Shown one piece after another: positions 46,465 through 50,972 of a DNA stretch of 50,972 nt; the stretch's first letter is position 1; each line of letters begins with the position of its first letter. The stretch lies in IMG/VR virus record IMGVR_UViG_3300033076_000745, positions 1 to 50,972 of that record; one strand, given 5' to 3'. The stretch is from a virus. Lineage: Duplodnaviria; Caudoviricetes. A program made the position numbers and the translations under genes. The notes below the pieces were generated by a model, which saw only the letters and a program-made list of their open reading frames with translations, was not told the origin of the DNA and did no database searches.

Positions 46465-46977
46465 ATGAGAACAGAACTTTACATTGACCCGATTACTGAA
46501 ATTAGATGTATCGAATCGGTAGCTGAAGCCTTAACTAAGGCTGGATATAATGCAAGTAATAGTATAGTGGTCACTGTATCGACTGACTACTCCTCTATTG
46601 CCGGACAGATTATACGACATAAACTTACTTATGGAGGAGAGATAGCAGATGGCTTTGGAGTAGATGTTCCATATCCGGATCAAGAATGGGATACTAGGTT
46701 CGTTAATGAAGCCTGTTCTATGTTCTTACTTCACAAGAATGCTATAGGAGTTAAGAATGTTATATTAGTAGAGGCAGGAGTAATCAGAGGAAGTAACTAT
46801 AAGTCTCTCATAAGCTTGATGAGAACTTCTCTAGAAATGGATAATCCGATCGTAACTACCTCTCTTTATGAGAATAAACACTCAGCTTTTAAATGTGATC
46901 ATATAGCAGAGTACTATGATGACGAAACTCAAGATCTAACTTTCTGGTGGGAGGAAGAGAATAACCACTGGAAGTAG
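46465..46977 (+). CDS. Type I phosphoribosyltransferase-fold protein
   Basis: VILVEAGVIRGSN PRPP-loop-like motif; FWWE near the C-terminus. Confidence 0.55.
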   Translation: MRTELYIDPITEIRCIESVAEALTKAGYNASNSIVVTVSTDYSSIAGQIIRHKLTYGGEIADGFGVDVPYPDQEWDTRFVNEACSMFLLHKNAIGVKNVILVEAGVIRGSNYKSLISLMRTSLEMDNPIVTTSLYENKHSAFKCDHIAEYYDDETQDLTFWWEEENNHWK

Positions 46978-47008
46978 TTGCGTATATGCGTAGTTTTTCG
47001 TATATTTA
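46978..47008 (+). promoter_or_regulatory. -33/-7 promoter
   Basis: TTG-N20-TATATTTA. Confidence 0.7.
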
Positions 47009-47031
47009 ATAAATTAAAACAAATAAAGGTT

Positions 47032-47322
47032 ATGAAGACATTCAACGATTTACAATTCGAAACATTATCAGACCCGTTTATGTCAGGTAAAATAAGCCGT
47101 ATCATGTTTGATAACGGATGGGGAGCCTCTGTAGTAAGTCATACATTTTCTTATGGCGGTAAAGACGGTAAGTACGAGTTAGCAGTATTAGACTCTAATG
47201 GAGAGTTACATTACGACAATCCAGTAGCTGGAGGAGATGTACAAGGGTATTTAGACGAAGACGAGGTAACTTACTTATTAGCAGCAATTCAAGAGTATGA
47301 GCGATTCAATCAAGAAGTATAA
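47032..47322 (+). CDS. Phage hypothetical protein (start moved to ATG 47032)
   Basis: FDNGWGASVV...SYGG..G.YELAVL...DV.GYL. Confidence 0.7.
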   Translation: MKTFNDLQFETLSDPFMSGKISRIMFDNGWGASVVSHTFSYGGKDGKYELAVLDSNGELHYDNPVAGGDVQGYLDEDEVTYLLAAIQEYERFNQEV

Positions 47323-47665
47323 GGAGATGTTAGAGGATGGTCTTATTGAACCGTCTAATCCTTTAGAAGAAAACTACGTATTACAGCAAAAAAATAAAAA
47401 TAAAGTTATGAATAGAGAGACACATCATGAGAAATGTTTAAAGGTAGCAGAAGAGTTTTTGAAAGGATGGGGAGTAGATGATCCGACTGCAATCCGAATG
47501 GTAGCTAGTATTATGATGCATAGGGATGGTAATTGGCAAGGCGGAGGCTTTGTAGAGGCTGTTTGTGAGAATGATTTATATGCTGCTATTACAAGAGCAG
47601 ATAATACCTCTCTTAAATACTTAAAGTTATATACAATCGCTAAACGAAACTGTTTTACACGATAA
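47297..47665 (+). CDS. Hypothetical protein (alternative start at 47408)
   Basis: GGGFVEAV..NDL..A..RAD motif. Confidence 0.6.
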   Translation: MSDSIKKYKEMLEDGLIEPSNPLEENYVLQQKNKNKVMNRETHHEKCLKVAEEFLKGWGVDDPTAIRMVASIMMHRDGNWQGGGFVEAVCENDLYAAITRADNTSLKYLKLYTIAKRNCFTR

Positions 47666-47668
47666 AGT

Positions 47669-48841
47669 ATGAAAGTAGTACATAGTTACGTGCCTACAAG
47701 CTTTAACGGAAGTAAGATCTATCCAATAGTTTGGAAAGAGTTAATGTATGGGCAGTTACTGAGTGTGTTATTAGCAAAAAGAGAGTTTGGTAATATAAGT
47801 CTTTATACAAATAAAGATATAGCTAAACAGGTCAGAGATATAGGGGTACCTTATGATGAAATAGATACTACTCTACTCGACAATGTAAGAAGTAGTTGTT
47901 ATACGTACCCTAAAATGCTCTACTTTAGCCAGATATCTGAACCGTGTATTCACATAGACACAGATACCTATATCTTTAATAAGATAGACTTTAGTACCGC
48001 TAAGACAGATACAATGTATGCGCATGCAGACCAGCCGTTTAATATGGGGTATGCTAATGATACTAGAATGTTGAGTGAGTTTATTAATAATGTTACAGAG
48101 GTATATACTGCTTTAGCTACTTTACATGAAGAACAGCTTAAAGAGATTAATCCTTTGGGAGCAGACCTTATGAAGATACCTAACGGTAACATAACCTATA
48201 TTAAAAACCCGGATATCTTTAGACAAGCTACTAACCTAGCTCTGGAGTACTACTACAAGAACCAAGACGTGATAGATGGCTTAAAGTATGGAGGAGTATA
48301 TGTAGAGCAGATGATAATACACCTGTATTTAATAAAACTAGATCCGGAGTATAAAGCAGCAGTCGAGAAAGGAGAGCATTTACTTTGTATGGACAGGTTT
48401 ATGACTATAGGAGGTGAGTACTTTGATAAAGAGACCAAAAAGACTAAGTATGACTTTCCATTTAAGTTTAAAATTAACCTTATTAAGGATGAATTTAGAC
48501 CAGAGATCTTATTTCTTAAAAATGAATTAAATAAAAAAGGCTACACTGTAGCTCAGGATATATCTAAGGAAGTTTTGATAGAAGATAAGAAAGCACTCGT
48601 AGATTATTTCAATTTTGATTTCTACGGAATACACCACCCTAGTTTTAATAAATGGGATCCTATCTTCGAATGTCTTACAATAGGGTATATAGCAGAAAAC
48701 TTCGGCACAGAGTGGTTAGAGAAAGTACATAGGTCTTTTACTAAATCTTACTTAAGTTATAAACTACCTGCTCTATCTAGAGGTGAACAATTATATGAAG
48801 AACTAACAGGATATAAATTTAAACCATCAACTATTATCTAA
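47669..48841 (+). CDS. Putative DxD transferase (DUF6734-like), related to 20983..21936
   Basis: LSVLLAK, LYTN, YPK, PCIHIDTD, IPN, VEQ; C-terminus KPSTII. Confidence 0.65.
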   Translation: MKVVHSYVPTSFNGSKIYPIVWKELMYGQLLSVLLAKREFGNISLYTNKDIAKQVRDIGVPYDEIDTTLLDNVRSSCYTYPKMLYFSQISEPCIHIDTDTYIFNKIDFSTAKTDTMYAHADQPFNMGYANDTRMLSEFINNVTEVYTALATLHEEQLKEINPLGADLMKIPNGNITYIKNPDIFRQATNLALEYYYKNQDVIDGLKYGGVYVEQMIIHLYLIKLDPEYKAAVEKGEHLLCMDRFMTIGGEYFDKETKKTKYDFPFKFKINLIKDEFRPEILFLKNELNKKGYTVAQDISKEVLIEDKKALVDYFNFDFYGIHHPSFNKWDPIFECLTIGYIAENFGTEWLEKVHRSFTKSYLSYKLPALSRGEQLYEELTGYKFKPSTII

Positions 48842-49086
48842 TGGAAGAACAAGGATTAATATTAGAATCAGCTAGCTTTAAATTTAGTCAAGATGCTAAC
48901 TGTGTAGATGATAGCGAATATGAATTCTTAGAGATTAGAATGGAGTCTTCGTTAGGTATTGACAGAGATAGAGGAGCATTTTATGTTTTAAAGACTGATG
49001 GATGGTCTATAAACGGAGTTGAAGACTTACAAGCAATTTTTGATAGACTAAATAAAATATTACCAAATGAAACTAGGACTATTTGA
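48841..49086 (+). CDS. Hypothetical protein
   Basis: 81-aa ORF. Confidence 0.55.
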   Translation: MEEQGLILESASFKFSQDANCVDDSEYEFLEIRMESSLGIDRDRGAFYVLKTDGWSINGVEDLQAIFDRLNKILPNETRTI

Positions 49087-49270
49087 TCTAATGGATCAAG
49101 GTATAGCATCTGAATTAGGAGTAGATGTAAAAACTTATATTGAAATTATAGATCATAAATGTACAGAAGAGGAATGTCAGCAGATTATAATGGCAGTTCT
49201 TTCTGATGATGTAGATAAATTAGCAGAGGCAAAGATATTATTTAACTCGTACTTAGATGGCAAGCAATAA
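49067..49270 (+). CDS. Hypothetical protein
   Basis: 67-aa ORF. Confidence 0.55.
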   Translation: MKLGLFDLMDQGIASELGVDVKTYIEIIDHKCTEEECQQIIMAVLSDDVDKLAEAKILFNSYLDGKQ

Positions 49271-49439
49271 ACTAAAACAACGACTGAAGAAAGCTCAACA
49301 TGAGCTCGAAGAATGGGAAGAGAGAGTACCTGTAAACAATATGGGTAAGTGGGCTAAGTCTGTAGCAGTAAAGAGTAAACAGAGAACAGTTAATAAGCTT
49401 AAGAGAGATATCGAAAGAGCTGAAAGACAAAAACCATAA
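49257..49439 (+). CDS. Hypothetical basic helical protein
   Basis: 60-aa ORF. Confidence 0.5.
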   Translation: MASNKLKQRLKKAQHELEEWEERVPVNNMGKWAKSVAVKSKQRTVNKLKRDIERAERQKP

Positions 49440-49440
49440 T

Positions 49441-49809
49441 ATGAAGACATATAGAAAGACAGCCACAGTACAGGCTAAGTTATTTGAAGAAGGAGATGAA
49501 GACGGCTTTGTAAGCCGTTACTATAATGATGAAGATGTAGATGAAGACGGGTGTATACGTACTTCCGGTTTTATAGGCGAGCATGAGATCAAAGTACCCT
49601 ATGTAAGTACCTTAGAAAATCAACAACATTTAAGCCATGGCTTTGGAAGAGATTACATCTGTGTCGGTATTGAAGGAGAAAGATGGCTTGTAGAGAAGAA
49701 TATATTCGAAGCAACCTATAAAGAAGTTACCGATGAAGATATCTCAGCATATGAAGAAGGCTGGAAGGATGGTTACGACGAAGGGTTGTATGATGGACTT
49801 TATAAATAA
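49441..49809 (+). CDS. Hypothetical phage protein (PGDYG-like)
   Basis: YRKTA.VQA...TLE...DYI..G.EGERW.V...IFEATY. Confidence 0.6.
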   Translation: MKTYRKTATVQAKLFEEGDEDGFVSRYYNDEDVDEDGCIRTSGFIGEHEIKVPYVSTLENQQHLSHGFGRDYICVGIEGERWLVEKNIFEATYKEVTDEDISAYEEGWKDGYDEGLYDGLYK

Positions 49810-49816
49810 TTAAACT

Positions 49817-50086
49817 ATGATAATAGGAGTATTTGTATATGGAATAGGCTTTATGTTAACATTAACATACCTTATTCTATTTGGAAAGAAAGTACATAAG
49901 ATAGACTACGATGATAGATCTATTAGTTATTGGCAAGATGATTTCACATCAAATGCATCAGCTTATGTAGCATGGTCACTCGCCTGGTTTATATTAGTAC
50001 CGGTGGCTGCAGTGTATAAATCCTATTGCGGTGTGGTATGGATAGTTGAACAGCTAGTAAAATTGACAGATGAGCGAAAGTACTAA
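49817..50086 (+). CDS. Small membrane protein
   Basis: Two TM segments. Confidence 0.55.
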   Translation: MIIGVFVYGIGFMLTLTYLILFGKKVHKIDYDDRSISYWQDDFTSNASAYVAWSLAWFILVPVAAVYKSYCGVVWIVEQLVKLTDERKY

Positions 50087-50246
50087 TACAATCAAATGTG
50101 AATGCTGTCAGAGTATAGTAGACTTAGATAAGACCGATTGGTGTGATAAATGCGATAGGTCTATCTTTGATGATAGTCCATGTAAGGTAACAGATAAGTC
50201 AAGTGACTATATGTACAACTGGATTAGAGAGAAGTCCGGGAAGTAG
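50070..50246 (+). CDS. Small Zn-ribbon protein (58 aa)
   Basis: Hand-translated CECC...CDKC. Confidence 0.5.
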   Translation: MSESTNTIKCECCQSIVDLDKTDWCDKCDRSIFDDSPCKVTDKSSDYMYNWIREKSGK

Positions 50247-50308
50247 GCGAGTGTGGGGGCGCCTTTCTCTCTCCCACGAAGTGGCCACGCGCAAATTTAA
50301 CAAGTGTT

Positions 50309-50884
50309 ATGAGTAATCTATATTTCTACCCCAATTTAACCCCAAGAGAGGTTATAAAGAGAGGAGCCTTTGGAGGCTGTTACTTCGGATATCCTATCGA
50401 AGAATATACTAACTTCAATTATCAAGGACTCTTTGACTATCATTTTAAAGACTTAGATATAAATCTTTACTTAGGAGAGGTGTATAAGCCTAAATTGAAT
50501 AAGTTTAAGATTAGATCCGGCATGGACTATCAGTATTGGAAGGATATGAATTGGATGCATGAGAGAGATCCTTATGGATGGTTTGAATGGTGGTGTAAAT
50601 ACGATATGGGTATAAGAGGAGAGGATGATGATAGGCAGATAAGTAGATGGCAGGACTTTTGCGGACTATCCGGAAGATGGCGTCATAGAATTTATAACAT
50701 GATACATGAGACAGGAGATTGGTCTATATCACCTCGTATCCAGCAATCATTATTACATTGGGGTTATGAAGTTAATAAGGAAGACTATCTACAATGGTGT
50801 TCAAGCAACTATAAGACATTAGAAGATGATGAATGGTGTCATTATGGAGGATTACCTTCACCTAAAGCCTATATAACACAATGA
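50309..50884 (+). CDS. Uncharacterised Trp-rich protein
   Basis: PNLTP....GAFGG.YF, DPYGWFEWWC, DD.RQI.RW, Q.LLHW motifs. Confidence 0.7.
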   Translation: MSNLYFYPNLTPREVIKRGAFGGCYFGYPIEEYTNFNYQGLFDYHFKDLDINLYLGEVYKPKLNKFKIRSGMDYQYWKDMNWMHERDPYGWFEWWCKYDMGIRGEDDDRQISRWQDFCGLSGRWRHRIYNMIHETGDWSISPRIQQSLLHWGYEVNKEDYLQWCSSNYKTLEDDEWCHYGGLPSPKAYITQ

Positions 50885-50972
50885 GTAAATACAATATAGA
50901 TCCTAACATATATGAAGTAAAGACCTTTCATGGTAGTGAATCGGCCTTCTTTAAGACCTATGAAAACTGCTT

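Noticed and set aside
6752-49466. Minus-strand ORFs in the supplied track (e.g. 6752, 10194, 12785, 16354, 22509, 35598, 38204, 47968)
   Set aside because: All are short antisense shadows of well-supported plus-strand features and have no recognisable motifs.
1-50972. Stop-codon reassignment (alternative genetic code) as in some large phages
   Set aside because: Genes are full length under code 11, and TAA, TAG and TGA all terminate recognisable proteins at the expected places.

Overview
AT-rich, densely packed segment of a large tailed-phage genome, almost entirely on the + strand with the standard genetic code. The host is most likely a Bacteroidota (Flavobacteria-like) cell, inferred from TTG-N20-TAnnTT(T/A)A promoters and a Bacteroidota-type ribosomal protein bS21. 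Modules in order: (1) a Cas4-like nuclease and a ~12 kb glycosylation locus with a nonulosonic (sialic/KDN-like) acid pathway (HAD, NeuB, NeuA, CstII/GT42-like and Maf-like transferases, GT2/GT4 enzymes); (2) bS21, a TraR/DksA-type Zn finger, an HNH nuclease, a GH73 muramidase and DUF932; (3) a ~10 kb tailoring-enzyme cluster (APS kinase, HIGH nucleotidyltransferase, three 2OG-Fe(II) oxygenases, a flavin halogenase, two sulfotransferases, DxD transferases); (4) ThyX, an SPFH protein, many small ORFs and a tRNA-like RNA; (5) an anti-defence island of RNA repair enzymes plus a Prs-like/Nampt-like NAD reconstitution pair. Best candidate for a new system: module 3 is built around a fusion of a circularly permuted ATP-grasp domain, a Hint domain that appears able to cleave only at its C-terminus, and a 29-aa 6-Cys/4-Trp peptide. 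The surrounding enzymes nearly all end in a shared basic-[S/T]-hydrophobic-hydrophobic tag. This looks like a phage-encoded, self-releasing RiPP-like peptide modification system. All calls come from motif recognition by eye; no searches were run.
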